Positions 47,036-58,553 of a stretch of 64,000 nucleotides of DNA are shown in pieces. The stretch is taken from contig CAIXKI010000158.1 in assembly GCA_903920005.1 (NCBI GenBank), positions 6,134-70,133 of the forward strand, read 5' to 3'. The notes beneath the pieces were generated by a model, which was not told the origin of the DNA, ran no database searches, and saw only the letters and a list, made by a program, of their open reading frames with translations. The position numbers and the translations under genes were made by a program. Every line of letters starts with the position of its first letter. Within the stretch, counting starts at the first letter, position 1. The stretch is from an uncultured delta proteobacterium. GTDB lineage: Bacteria > Bdellovibrionota_C > UBA2361 > OMII01.

Positions 47036-48599
47036 CGCTCTTTTTTCTATTTGAGCGACACCACTGTCGCGCATCACTTTTGCTGCCATTTGATAAAAGG
47101 GGCACGGCGAGAAAAGTTCCCCCGCGCTCATGAATCACCTCTATCGTCACCCCTTTCTTATCTACGCGCTCGATAAAAACCTCCCCCTCCGGAGCGGTGC
47201 GATGTTCAGGGTCTGCTTCGAGGAGAGCGAGCGCGCCATCGACACAATCTGCCGTAAAGGTGCGTTCAACAAATCCTATATCGATCCCCTCGGTCTGAAA
47301 TTGCTCTTGAGCAAGGAGCCACGCGTGGAAAGGTATAGTTGTGGGAACCCCTTCTACTGAATAGCCCTTCAAAAACTGGTGCGTCTTATAAAGGGCCTCA
47401 GCCCTGTCTTTTCCGTGAACGATAACTTTACTTAATAATGAATCGTAAAATGGCGGGATGCTATCGCCTTCTCGGTATCCACACTCTTCTCTCACCTGAA
47501 TGGGAGACTCTCTCCTCCACGATTCTAGTAAGCCAAGCGCCGGTCTAAAGTTCTCTCGAACATCTTCCGCATTGATACGCAGCTCTATCGCATGGCCTGA
47601 GAATACAATCTCCGACTGGGTCATCGGGAGCAGTTCTCCCATGGCGATACGAATTTGCAGTTGCACGAGATCTATTCCGGTTATCATCTCAGTCACTGGA
47701 TGCTCAACCTGTATGCGGGTGTTAATCTCAAGGAAGTAAAACTCCCTACCCGCCACCAGAAACTCCGCGGTGCCCGCGTTATAATATCCAACACTTTTGG
47801 CGGCTCTCACCGCTGCTTCGTGAATCATCTCTCGCACATCGAGATCAAGAAACGGAGCCGGTCCCTCCTCAAGAAGCTTTTGATGTCGTCGTTGCGCGGA
47901 GCAATCTCTCGTACCGAAGTGCACAACGTTTCCATGCGTATCACCGAAAAGCTGCACCTCTACATGGCGCGGGCCCTCAATGAACTTTTCGCAGTACACC
48001 TCTAGACTGCCAAAATTCTTAAGGGCCTCCGCTCGAGCTCTCTCAAGAGCCTCCTGCATCTCGTGCGAGGCCCTAACGATCCTCATGCCGCGACCGCCAC
48101 CACCTGCCGCGGCCTTAATGATAACCGGAAAGCCTATTCGTTCGGCGGCAAGGCCGATCTCATCATCGGACGAGGCGCCCTCGCTCCCGGGCGTTATTGG
48201 CACGCCGGCCGCCGCTACAGCTTTTCGAGCGTTCGTTTTAATCCCAAGTGCTCGAATACTCTCCGGAGATGGACCAACAAAAATCAGCCCTGCATCAATG
48301 ACTTGTTGGGCAAAATCGGCGTCTTCCGAGAGGAATCCGTACCCTGGGTGAACAGCCTGACACCCCGTACCCAACGCGGCTTGGATTATCTTCTGCTTAT
48401 TCAGATACGATTCGGCGGCTGTCGAGCCGCCTATCTCCACAACCTCAGAGCTCTCGGTTGACGCGAGCGACCCCTTATCGGCATCGGAGACCGCCAGGAC
48501 CGTCTCAATACCCATAGAACGGCATGCTCGCATGATCCGGAGGGCAATCTCTCCCCGGTTGGCTATCAGTAATTTTTGTATCCTGCTCTGGTGATTCAT
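46995..48599 (-). CDS. accC: Biotin carboxylase (ATP-grasp) with about 85-aa C-terminal extension
   Basis: KLLIANRGEIALRI N-terminus, ATP-grasp motifs and the biotin carboxylase C-domain. Its 3' end overlaps the convergent rluA-like gene by 41 nt. Confidence 0.8.
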   Translation of the reverse strand: MNHQSRIQKLLIANRGEIALRIMRACRSMGIETVLAVSDADKGSLASTESSEVVEIGGSTAAESYLNKQKIIQAALGTGCQAVHPGYGFLSEDADFAQQVIDAGLIFVGPSPESIRALGIKTNARKAVAAAGVPITPGSEGASSDDEIGLAAERIGFPVIIKAAAGGGGRGMRIVRASHEMQEALERARAEALKNFGSLEVYCEKFIEGPRHVEVQLFGDTHGNVVHFGTRDCSAQRRHQKLLEEGPAPFLDLDVREMIHEAAVRAAKSVGYYNAGTAEFLVAGREFYFLEINTRIQVEHPVTEMITGIDLVQLQIRIAMGELLPMTQSEIVFSGHAIELRINAEDVRENFRPALGLLESWRRESPIQVREECGYREGDSIPPFYDSLLSKVIVHGKDRAEALYKTHQFLKGYSVEGVPTTIPFHAWLLAQEQFQTEGIDIGFVERTFTADCVDGALALLEADPEHRTAPEGEVFIERVDKKGVTIEVIHERGGTFLAVPLLSNGSKSDARQWCRSNRKKSAIEGAQARLLSDR

Positions 48600-48639
48600 A
48601 CAAAAAATTCTATACTACGCTCGTTATAATGGAGTTGAT

Positions 48640-49593
48640 ATGAGCGCTTCTACAAACCAAGTTAATCATCACAAAGTCATCATTCTTGGATCTGGACCAG
48701 CCGGGCTGACGGCAGCGATCTACACCGCTCGCGCTAGCCTCTCGCCCCTTATTATCCACGGACCTCTCGCGGGTGGACAGCTCACAACCACAACCGACGT
48801 CGAGAACTTCCCTGGATTCCCGGAAGGGATAATGGGACCAGACCTCATGCAACTCATGGAACAACAAGCTACGCGCTTCGGCACAACTGTTGCTGTTGAT
48901 ACAATCGTTAAAGCCAACCTTTCGCAACGACCTTTCACACTGACGGGCCAGTCAGGCACCTACACGTGCGACTCTCTCATCATCTCAACCGGTGCCGCGC
49001 CCAAGTACATTGGGGCTAAAAATGAGCGTGAATTGCTCGGTTACGGCGTATCCACGTGCGCAACGTGCGACGGCGCTTTCTTTAGAAACAAGGTAATCGC
49101 TGTCGTGGGTGGTGGAGATTCTGCTTGCGAGGAGGCTTCGTTCCTTACTCGGTTCGCGAGTAAGCTATACCTCATTCACAGACGTGACTCGCTTCGCGCT
49201 TCAAAGATCATGCAGCAGCGCGTCTTCAATAATCCTAAGATAGAGGTTCTCTGGAACAAGGGCGTTCTTTCCGTTGAGGGCTCTAAAAAAGATGGTGTCA
49301 CGGGGCTCACCCTTCAGGACACAATAACTAAGGAAGAGAGCCTGCTTCCGGCAGATGCGCTCTTCGTCGCTATCGGCCACACACCAAACTCAAGCCTATT
49401 CCAAGGCCAGCTTGATATGGACGAGAATGGATACCTCCTCCATAAGCCAGACTCGGCCGAAACCACCATCCCGGGTGTGTTTGTTAGTGGTGACGTTCAG
49501 GACCACGTGTTCCGACAGGCTATTACCGCCGCAGGTTCGGGTTGCATGGCAGCTATTGGCGCTGAGCGCTGGCTTGAGGCTCAACACGGATAG
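48640..49593 (+). CDS. trxB: Thioredoxin reductase
   Basis: 317 aa with GSGPAGLTAAIY FAD motif, redox-active CATCDG and a second GGGDSA NADPH motif. Confidence 0.9.
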   Translation: MSASTNQVNHHKVIILGSGPAGLTAAIYTARASLSPLIIHGPLAGGQLTTTTDVENFPGFPEGIMGPDLMQLMEQQATRFGTTVAVDTIVKANLSQRPFTLTGQSGTYTCDSLIISTGAAPKYIGAKNERELLGYGVSTCATCDGAFFRNKVIAVVGGGDSACEEASFLTRFASKLYLIHRRDSLRASKIMQQRVFNNPKIEVLWNKGVLSVEGSKKDGVTGLTLQDTITKEESLLPADALFVAIGHTPNSSLFQGQLDMDENGYLLHKPDSAETTIPGVFVSGDVQDHVFRQAITAAGSGCMAAIGAERWLEAQHG

Positions 49594-49635
49594 ATAAAAC
49601 CCAGGCAATATAAGCACCTAACTAAGTTACCCACA

Positions 49636-49681
49636 GGTTGTGGAGATTTCTGTGGATAACTTGTGGAAGGATGTGGAGAAC
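49636..49681. promoter_or_regulatory. Cluster of four closely spaced DnaA-box-like 9-mers (TGTGGAGAT, TGTGGATAA perfect, TGTGGAAGG, TGTGGAGAA)
   Basis: Direct reading of 49638-49681 shows four TGTGGA-core boxes in the same orientation at 10-13 bp spacing, between trxB and atpE. Confidence 0.5.
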
Positions 49682-49707
49682 TTGTTGAGAACCTCCATCC
49701 GGAGGAC

Positions 49708-49743
49708 AAAAAAAAGGGCCCGTCGTACGACGAGCCCTTTTTC
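49708..49743. terminator. Bidirectional rho-independent terminator between trxB (+) and atpE (-)
   Basis: A8-GGGCCCGTCG-tac-CGACGAGCCC-T5 is a 10-bp GC stem flanked by an A-run and a T-run, so it is functional in both directions. Confidence 0.65.
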
Positions 49744-49762
49744 ATTATTTAAGCCGTAACGC

Positions 49763-50086
49763 TTACGCCTTAAGGAAGGCGATAACGAAGGCAAGAATAA
49801 CGAGCGACTCGATAAGAGCCATACCGATAAGCATCGGCGCGAGGAGCTTTCCACCAACAGATGGATTGCGTCCGTATGACTCAAGCATAGCTGCTACAGC
49901 CTTACCTTGACCAAGACCACCACCGATTACTGCCATACCGATAGCCAAACCAGCGCCGATAGGACCGAGTGGAGAACCTTCGGTAACTGTGCCTTCTGCG
50001 AATGCGTTAGCTACTGGAGCCAAAGCCGCAACCATCGTTACTGCGAAGAGAGCTGTTCTCTTTGCGATAGTTCCTAATGTTTTCAT
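49763..50086 (-). CDS. atpE: F0F1 ATP synthase subunit c (with N-terminal extension)
   Basis: GAGLAIGMAVIGGGLGQGKAVAAMLES ... ALIESLVILAFVIAF is the c-subunit hairpin with the conserved carboxylate helix. Confidence 0.85.
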   Translation of the reverse strand: MKTLGTIAKRTALFAVTMVAALAPVANAFAEGTVTEGSPLGPIGAGLAIGMAVIGGGLGQGKAVAAMLESYGRNPSVGGKLLAPMLIGMALIESLVILAFVIAFLKA

Positions 50087-50139
50087 CTTACTCTCCTTGT
50101 TGTTGTTTAATGAAACCTATCTTCAATGAAGTAGTTATA

Positions 50140-50865
50140 CTAGTGATGCTCACCCTCTTCATGCTGAGTAGCGAGCATAATGTATATCATTGTGAGCACC
50201 GTGGGAACGAATGCCTGCATGAAACATACAAAGGTTCCGAGGCCGTAGAAGATGATCGGCACGATAAACGGAACGAGTTCGGACATAATGCCCAAAACGA
50301 TATGATCCGCTGAAATATTCCAATAAAGTCGTAAGTTGAGGGTCAAAATACGAAGCGCTGTACCGAACAACTCAAGCGGCAAGATAAACCATGCGAGCCA
50401 CCACACAGGTCCCGCAAAATGCTTCAAATAAGGAACCAGTCCCTGCTCTTTAATGCCGTAGTAGTTAAAAGAGATAAATATAAGGAGCGCCACTGGCACC
50501 GTCGTCCATACTGTCGTCGTCGGTGCTGGAAATCCTGGAACGAGGCCAATGATGTTAAGAGTAAGGAGATAAAGAAACACGGTCGCCGTTAGCGGGAGGT
50601 ATTTCCTATTCTCTTTGCCGAGCACGGAATCCTGAAACGCCACAAACGTCTCTATGAAGAAATCAAAGATTCCTGACGTTGTGATCTTTTCTTCAGGAAT
50701 TACGCCCTGTTCTACTCCTCTAAGCCTTCTTCGGCGGGCAAGCACGTTGGCGGCTTGGGCCCCCACGAAAAGCAAAGTGCAACCTAGCGTAACCGCTGTC
50801 ACGAGCTTCTGGGTGTTTGGGTCGGTTAAACCGAGTGAATTTAGGTATGTATAGTGTGCTTCCAT
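50140..50865 (-). CDS. atpB: F0F1 ATP synthase subunit a
   Basis: 241-aa polytopic protein with the conserved Arg helix (LRILTLNLRLYWNISADHIVL) of subunit a. Confidence 0.85.
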   Translation of the reverse strand: MEAHYTYLNSLGLTDPNTQKLVTAVTLGCTLLFVGAQAANVLARRRRLRGVEQGVIPEEKITTSGIFDFFIETFVAFQDSVLGKENRKYLPLTATVFLYLLTLNIIGLVPGFPAPTTTVWTTVPVALLIFISFNYYGIKEQGLVPYLKHFAGPVWWLAWFILPLELFGTALRILTLNLRLYWNISADHIVLGIMSELVPFIVPIIFYGLGTFVCFMQAFVPTVLTMIYIMLATQHEEGEHH

Positions 50866-51259
50866 GGTCTCACTTCGAGCGCCCTTGTTGTATAGGATTT
50901 AGTCAATTAAGGCAAACCCTGCTCGCCTCCTCGTTTAGAGATTGTCCCAACGCATATTCGGTGAGTACCCCCTTCCGATGAACGCAGTGGTTCTGACTAC
51001 ACCCGTCGGTCCTAGACATACCGTGCAGCTTTTGTTAGTTGACCAGACGTGCGCGCCCCGTCTTTGTTTAAGTCACTTGAAACTAGTGTAAACTTTCGCT
51101 ATCTTCTGACGTAGCCGTCTCTCCGATGCGTTAAAAAATCGTCATCAAATTCTTGTAAAATTCTCCACCCGTACTATAACGCTTTGTCATTCGATCGAAG
51201 GTCGGAGCTTACGCTCCCCCGACTTAATCAAAAAAGTCGCAAAACGAACGAAAAAGCGG

Positions 51260-51285
51260 TCCGCTCCCGTATGAGCGGATTTTTT
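51260..51285 (+). terminator. Hairpin (7-bp stem TCCGCTC/GAGCGGA) plus T6 run immediately upstream of the dnaA start
   Basis: Read directly: ggTCCGCTCccgtatGAGCGGAtttttt ending 4 nt before GTG 51290. It is a possible attenuator or sRNA terminator in the dnaA leader. Confidence 0.35.
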
Positions 51286-51289
51286 AAAC

Positions 51290-52912
51290 GTGAGGCGCAT
51301 GGGCAGCAACCTGGCACCAGAGGATTTTCGCCAGAGCGATTCTATCGCTGAAGACTTGTCCTCCCCGCTGTCCTCTCAGGTAACAGCCGAGGCCTCTAAG
51401 CTAACAGCTGGGGCCTCTCAACTAACAGCCGGGGCCCTATCTCAAACGACAGCCGCGCCCGTTCTTCAAAAAACAGCGACGGCATCCCTCGAACAAAGCT
51501 GGGCTCTTGCTGTTGCCGATGTGTGCGGTGAAGTAAATCCCCATATCGTTGCGGCATACATCGAGCCGCTCTCCGTTGACGTCGCCGGCTCTAACTCAGA
51601 GCGGTTCATGGTGAGAGGACCGTCGCGCCTGATCTGCAATTACGTCATATCAAATTTCTCGAGCCCTCTTCGTGAAAGGCTCGCTCACTTTCTCGACGCT
51701 CCTGAGCTCGTTCTCTCTATTATTCCGAGAGAGCCAACCGGGAGCGCTAACAGCGACTCGCCAAACAGCCTTCGTCGGCCGGCAACCCCCTTCATCGTCA
51801 AACGAGTGCGGCCAACCCCTGTAGAAGAGGCGAAAAATGAGCCGCTTACACAAACAGCGAATAATCCTCAAACCCCGCCAGAGGGTGAAATATTTAACAA
51901 TATCAATCCACGATATACCTTCCAGGACTTCGTAGTTGGTAACAGTAACCAATTCTGTCACGCCGCGGCGATGCGAGTCGCTGAAAAACCTGGTCAGAGC
52001 TACAACCCCCTCTTCATCTACGGCGGAGTAGGCCTCGGTAAAACCCATCTCCTTCACGCTATCGGCAACGCCGTATTACAGAGAAGCCCACTTTCTCGGG
52101 TTCTCTACATGTCATCAGAGACTTTTACCAATGAGCTTATCCTTGCTCTGCGTCACGCAAAGATGGAGGAGTTCAAGCGAAGGCTTCGAACTATCGAGGT
52201 TCTCCTGATTGATGATATCCAATTCATCGTTGGTAAAGAGAGAACTCAAGAAGAGTTCTTCCATACCTTCAACGCCCTCTACAGCGCTAAGCGCCAGATT
52301 GTTATCACCTCAGATAAGATTCCAACGGATATCCCCGGTATCGAAGAGCGCCTGCAAACACGCTTCTCATGGGGATTAACCGCTGACCTGCAGGCCCCAG
52401 ATTTTGAAACACGCGTCGCGATTCTTAAACAGAAGGCGCTCCTTGAAAACTTCCACCTCCCCGAGGAAGTTGGTCACCTCATCGCCGAGAAGATTTCGTC
52501 GAATGTGCGTGAACTTGAAGGAGCCCTCACGCGACTTCACGCTGTAAGTTCTATTCAAAATGTTTCTATCTCGATGGATATGGCTCGTATGGCTCTTAAG
52601 CCACTACTCCAACCAAAGGTAGTGAACGTCTCAGTCGATGACATCAAGAAGGCCGTTGCGACGCACTTTAATATCAAGGTTGCTGAGATAATATCGAAGC
52701 GACGAACGAAGAATCTCTCCTTCCCACGACATATAGCCATGTATCTCTGTCGTAAACACACCACCGCGTCATATCCAGAGATAGGTGAGCACTTCGGTGG
52801 GCGAGACCACTCGAGCGTCATTCATGCCGCCACCGTTGTATCGAGCAAGTTATCCACAGATGCGCAAGTAAAGGTCTTTGTCGAAGAAATCGAAAAGAGA
52901 CTATTTGGTTAA
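51290..52912 (+). CDS. dnaA: Chromosomal replication initiator DnaA (alternative ATG start at 51299)
   Basis: AAA+ domain with GGVGLGKTHLL Walker A and IDDIQF Walker B, sensor motifs, and the C-terminal DNA-binding domain (HIAMYLCRKHT...GGRDHSSVIHA). The N-terminal linker has low-complexity repeats. Confidence 0.95.
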   Translation: MRRMGSNLAPEDFRQSDSIAEDLSSPLSSQVTAEASKLTAGASQLTAGALSQTTAAPVLQKTATASLEQSWALAVADVCGEVNPHIVAAYIEPLSVDVAGSNSERFMVRGPSRLICNYVISNFSSPLRERLAHFLDAPELVLSIIPREPTGSANSDSPNSLRRPATPFIVKRVRPTPVEEAKNEPLTQTANNPQTPPEGEIFNNINPRYTFQDFVVGNSNQFCHAAAMRVAEKPGQSYNPLFIYGGVGLGKTHLLHAIGNAVLQRSPLSRVLYMSSETFTNELILALRHAKMEEFKRRLRTIEVLLIDDIQFIVGKERTQEEFFHTFNALYSAKRQIVITSDKIPTDIPGIEERLQTRFSWGLTADLQAPDFETRVAILKQKALLENFHLPEEVGHLIAEKISSNVRELEGALTRLHAVSSIQNVSISMDMARMALKPLLQPKVVNVSVDDIKKAVATHFNIKVAEIISKRRTKNLSFPRHIAMYLCRKHTTASYPEIGEHFGGRDHSSVIHAATVVSSKLSTDAQVKVFVEEIEKRLFG

Positions 52913-53370
52913 AGTCTGTTAAATCAAGCGCTTGACCATTTTATCAACAGCTTTTACCAGGGTGTTGAATAGTGGGTAATTCATAGGTTTTCAACAGGTT
53001 TGTGCCGGATATCGACACGTTTTCCACAGGTACTCAGGGATGAAAATCCCTACCAAGAAGGGGCAGATACATATCCACAACCACGCCTCTACGACGCACT
53101 ATAGCGCGGTAGAAGTGGTTGATTTGATATAGAAAAAGACTCCCGGTAGAAACCTGTGGATAACTTGGTTGAAACGGGTGGGAAGGTGGGCCGAATTGTG
53201 GAGTTCAAATTGGCCTGTGGATAATTTCAAAAACTTTGCAGAGGTTACTAACAAGTTTTCAGTGGAAATTTAACACTCAAAACATATAGTTAAGGGACTT
53301 ATCCCCGAAAACAGGGCTGACTTACTATTATTCACTAGATATTTATCTAATAAAGAAACAATAGGGAACC
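52913..53370. promoter_or_regulatory. Candidate oriC: dnaA-dnaN intergenic region with multiple DnaA boxes and an AT-rich unwinding element
   Basis: Boxes are TTTTCCACA (53020), ATATCCACA (53071), TGTGGATAA perfect (53155), TGTGGAGTT (53198) and TGTGGATAA perfect (53216). An AT-rich stretch runs 53280-53365 just before dnaN. Confidence 0.6.
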
Positions 53371-54534
53371 ATGGAGATAACAATTTCAAAAACTGAACTC
53401 TCGAAACTTCTTCACGTCACGTTAGCGATCGCTGAGAAGAAATCGACGATGCCGATCCTCGGTAACATTCTTCTCTCCGCTGAGGACAAGAGTTTTAAAG
53501 TAACAGCAAGTGATCTTGAGATCACCGCGATAGCCTCGAGCACGGCATCCGTTAAGAAGCCAGGATCGATCACAGTCAGCGCAAAGGTGTTCGGAGATCT
53601 CGTTCGAGAGCTTCCAGATGGAGAGATCACGATCCGGGCAGTCGATCGGGATCGAATTGAAGTTCATGCTGGTAGTTCAAAACTAAAGATCGTTGGAGTC
53701 GGGGCTGAGGAATATCCAGTTCCACCGGGGCTCGCCCTTAAGACGAAGTGCAAACTTCCAGCGCCAACGTTGATTGAGATGATCAATAAAACTCTCTACG
53801 CCGTATCCCTTGATGAAGGGCGTTACAACATGAACGGTATATGTCTTGAGATCACCAAGGATGGCAAATCTTCCGGGATCGGAATGGTGGCGACAGATGG
53901 TCATCGACTTGGTCTTATCTCTCGACCGCTTCAGGGCGTTGAGTTTACCGGACTTTCCCACAAGGGGTCCGCAAAGGGCGGTGCCGGTTCTGATCACGTG
54001 ATCGTTCCGCGCAAAGGAATCGCTGAGGTTCGTAAGGCTCTTGATACCGTGGGAGATGTTCCTGTTGGCGTTGATGTCAGCGAGGGATTCTTGGTGGTTG
54101 AAGGTCCAGCATGGAAGCTTGTCGTTCGTTTGTTGGATAGTGAGTTTCCAAATTATGAACAGGTTCTCCCTAAAGGGGCGGGAAATAAGATTACCGTTTT
54201 GAGCACACAACTTGCGCATGCGTTAAAGCGCGTATCGCTTGTGGTGAGTGATAAGAACAAAGGTGTTCGGTTTGACTTCTTCTCGAATCTCGTACGGATC
54301 TCAAGCTCTTCACCTGAACTTGGCGAGGCTCAAGAGGAAGTTGAAGTTCAATATTCTGGTAAGGATTTCTCAGTTGGATTTAATGCTCGATACATCATCG
54401 ATGTACTTTCAACGATCGGCGAGAACCAACCTTTCGTCATGGAGCTCAATGGCGACTCAGGACCAGGAAAGTTCTATGCGGAGTCTGATGAATCGTCTTT
54501 CGGAATCGTTATGCCACTTCGGCTCGATAAATAG
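53371..54534 (+). CDS. dnaN: DNA polymerase III beta sliding clamp
   Basis: 387 aa beginning MEITISKTELSKLLHVTLAIAEKKSTMPILGNILL, the typical DnaN domain I start, with a three-domain length. Confidence 0.9.
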   Translation: MEITISKTELSKLLHVTLAIAEKKSTMPILGNILLSAEDKSFKVTASDLEITAIASSTASVKKPGSITVSAKVFGDLVRELPDGEITIRAVDRDRIEVHAGSSKLKIVGVGAEEYPVPPGLALKTKCKLPAPTLIEMINKTLYAVSLDEGRYNMNGICLEITKDGKSSGIGMVATDGHRLGLISRPLQGVEFTGLSHKGSAKGGAGSDHVIVPRKGIAEVRKALDTVGDVPVGVDVSEGFLVVEGPAWKLVVRLLDSEFPNYEQVLPKGAGNKITVLSTQLAHALKRVSLVVSDKNKGVRFDFFSNLVRISSSSPELGEAQEEVEVQYSGKDFSVGFNARYIIDVLSTIGENQPFVMELNGDSGPGKFYAESDESSFGIVMPLRLDK

Positions 54535-54551
54535 CTTCACAGGATCTTTCG

Positions 54552-55646
54552 TTGTTTGTTTCAAGTCTTAAGGTTTTTAAGTTTAGAAATTTAGCTGATC
54601 AAACGATCGAGCTCGGTTCTGGGCCTGTGTACGTGAACGGCTTAAACGGGAATGGAAAAACTAATCTCGTTGAGGCGCTCTACCTTCTCTCTGGCTCTCG
54701 ATCGTTTAGAACGAACTCTTCAAGCGAACTTTTGAAGTGGGGAGAAAAGGAGTGTTCGGTTTTTGGAACTGTTGTTTCAGAAAACGGCACTGAGGAGCTT
54801 GGTTTAGTTTTTACCCCTGGTGAGCGCACCGCCTTTTGCAACGGCAAGCCCCTCGACTCGGTTACCGAACTTATCGGGCGCCTCAGGGTGATCGCCTTCT
54901 CTCCAGCGGACCTATCCCTTGTTAAGGGCTCTCCTTCGGGCAGGAGACGATTTCTCGATCGACACATGGTAGACCTTAACCCGGGCTTTATTAAAGTTCT
55001 GATGGCTTACCAGAGGGCCTTAGCGAGCAAAAGCGCGGTGCTCAAGCAACCCGGGATCGATTACTCACACGTAAAGCCATGGAACGAACTTTTGGCAGAC
55101 TATTGTGGAAAGATTGTTGATAACAGGCTTAACTTTATAAAATCACTTAGTGATAAAGCAGCCCTTTTTCATGAACAGTACGCTCCTTCCGACGGAACCC
55201 TCACCATCTCGCTCGAATCTGACTTCGTGGAGGATGACCGAGCGTTGTCGTGTGATGAGATTCTTGGACGGTTAGAGGGTGTGGCACCGAAGGAGATGAT
55301 GATGAGAACGCCATCCCTTGGCGCCCAGCGAGACGACCTCAAGATTGCGCTCGGGGGGGTAGACGCGAGAGCCTTTGCCTCTCAGGGGCAGACTAGAAGC
55401 GTGGTGTTATCGCTGAAGCTGGGAGTCATCGATCTGCTAGAGGCGGCCACCGGTGAATCGCCGGTCATTTTACTCGATGATGTTGACTCAGAGCTTGATA
55501 AGGGCCGTTCAGGGCGCCTTTTTAAAGCGTTACTTGGTAAGTCCCGTCAGGTAATCGTCACCGGCACAGACGCCCCTCCTGACCACCTTCTGGCGAGCGA
55601 GAATTTGTGCACCCTCACCGTCTCTCAAGGAACGGTTGTTTCGTAG
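54552..55646 (+). CDS. recF: DNA replication and repair protein RecF
   Basis: FRNLADQTIELGSGPVYVNGLNGNGKTNLVEA Walker A and the SMC-like signature region. 364 aa in the canonical position after dnaN. Confidence 0.9.
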   Translation: MFVSSLKVFKFRNLADQTIELGSGPVYVNGLNGNGKTNLVEALYLLSGSRSFRTNSSSELLKWGEKECSVFGTVVSENGTEELGLVFTPGERTAFCNGKPLDSVTELIGRLRVIAFSPADLSLVKGSPSGRRRFLDRHMVDLNPGFIKVLMAYQRALASKSAVLKQPGIDYSHVKPWNELLADYCGKIVDNRLNFIKSLSDKAALFHEQYAPSDGTLTISLESDFVEDDRALSCDEILGRLEGVAPKEMMMRTPSLGAQRDDLKIALGGVDARAFASQGQTRSVVLSLKLGVIDLLEAATGESPVILLDDVDSELDKGRSGRLFKALLGKSRQVIVTGTDAPPDHLLASENLCTLTVSQGTVVS

Positions 55647-55659
55647 ATTTTTTCGATAC

Positions 55660-55694
55660 TTATTCACATTTATCCACACCATACCTGTGGATAG
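55660..55694. promoter_or_regulatory. DnaA boxes upstream of gyrB (TTATTCACA, TTATCCACA perfect, TGTGGATAG)
   Basis: Read directly in the recF-gyrB spacer: 55660-55668, 55670-55678 and 55686-55694. Confidence 0.5.
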
Positions 55695-55778
55695 AAAAAA
55701 GAGCTTAAAATAATGAGTTAATTCAGGTATCTGCCTGAGCGCCGGGATGTTGGTTTACTCTTTACCAAATGCATCTAA

Positions 55779-58262
<2,484 letters not shown>

Positions 58263-58346
58263 TTTAATCTAGGGGTTCCGGCGAAAGTTGACCGTGAGCC
58301 TCTTCTTCGGTACCTTTACGGACCTCATTTGTTAAGGAGTTGTGTC

Positions 58347-58460
58347 ATGGCATCGCCAACTAAGATCACAGAAAATCGTCGCGCAGCGCACCGCGCAAAG
58401 AAAGTTAAGAACCGCAACAAGAAGGCTCGCCTCAAGGCTAAGAAGGCTGCTGCGAAGTAG
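58347..58460 (+). CDS. 37-aa highly basic small protein (MASPTKITENRRAAHRAKKVKNRNKKARLKAKKAAAK), possible ribosome- or nucleoid-associated small protein
   Basis: Strong SD AAGGAG sits 7 nt upstream of the ATG. The ORF ends in TAG and is followed 42 nt later by a clean rho-independent terminator. It is too short for the ORF track. Confidence 0.45.
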   Translation: MASPTKITENRRAAHRAKKVKNRNKKARLKAKKAAAK

Positions 58461-58502
58461 GCGCGCGATTTGTCGCGGCTACGTTCTCGTTGTTTTCTGC
58501 GA

Positions 58503-58535
58503 CGGAGTCCCTATTTGGGGCTCCGTTTTCTTTTG
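58503..58535 (+). terminator. Rho-independent terminator after the small basic ORF
   Basis: CGGAGTCCC-tattt-GGGGCTCCG is a 9-bp stem with one G-U pair, followed by TTTTCTTTTG. Confidence 0.55.
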
Positions 58536-58553
58536 TGCTTGCAGCTATCTACG

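Noticed and set aside
53683-54219. 178-aa minus-strand ORF
   Set aside because: Antisense inside dnaN.
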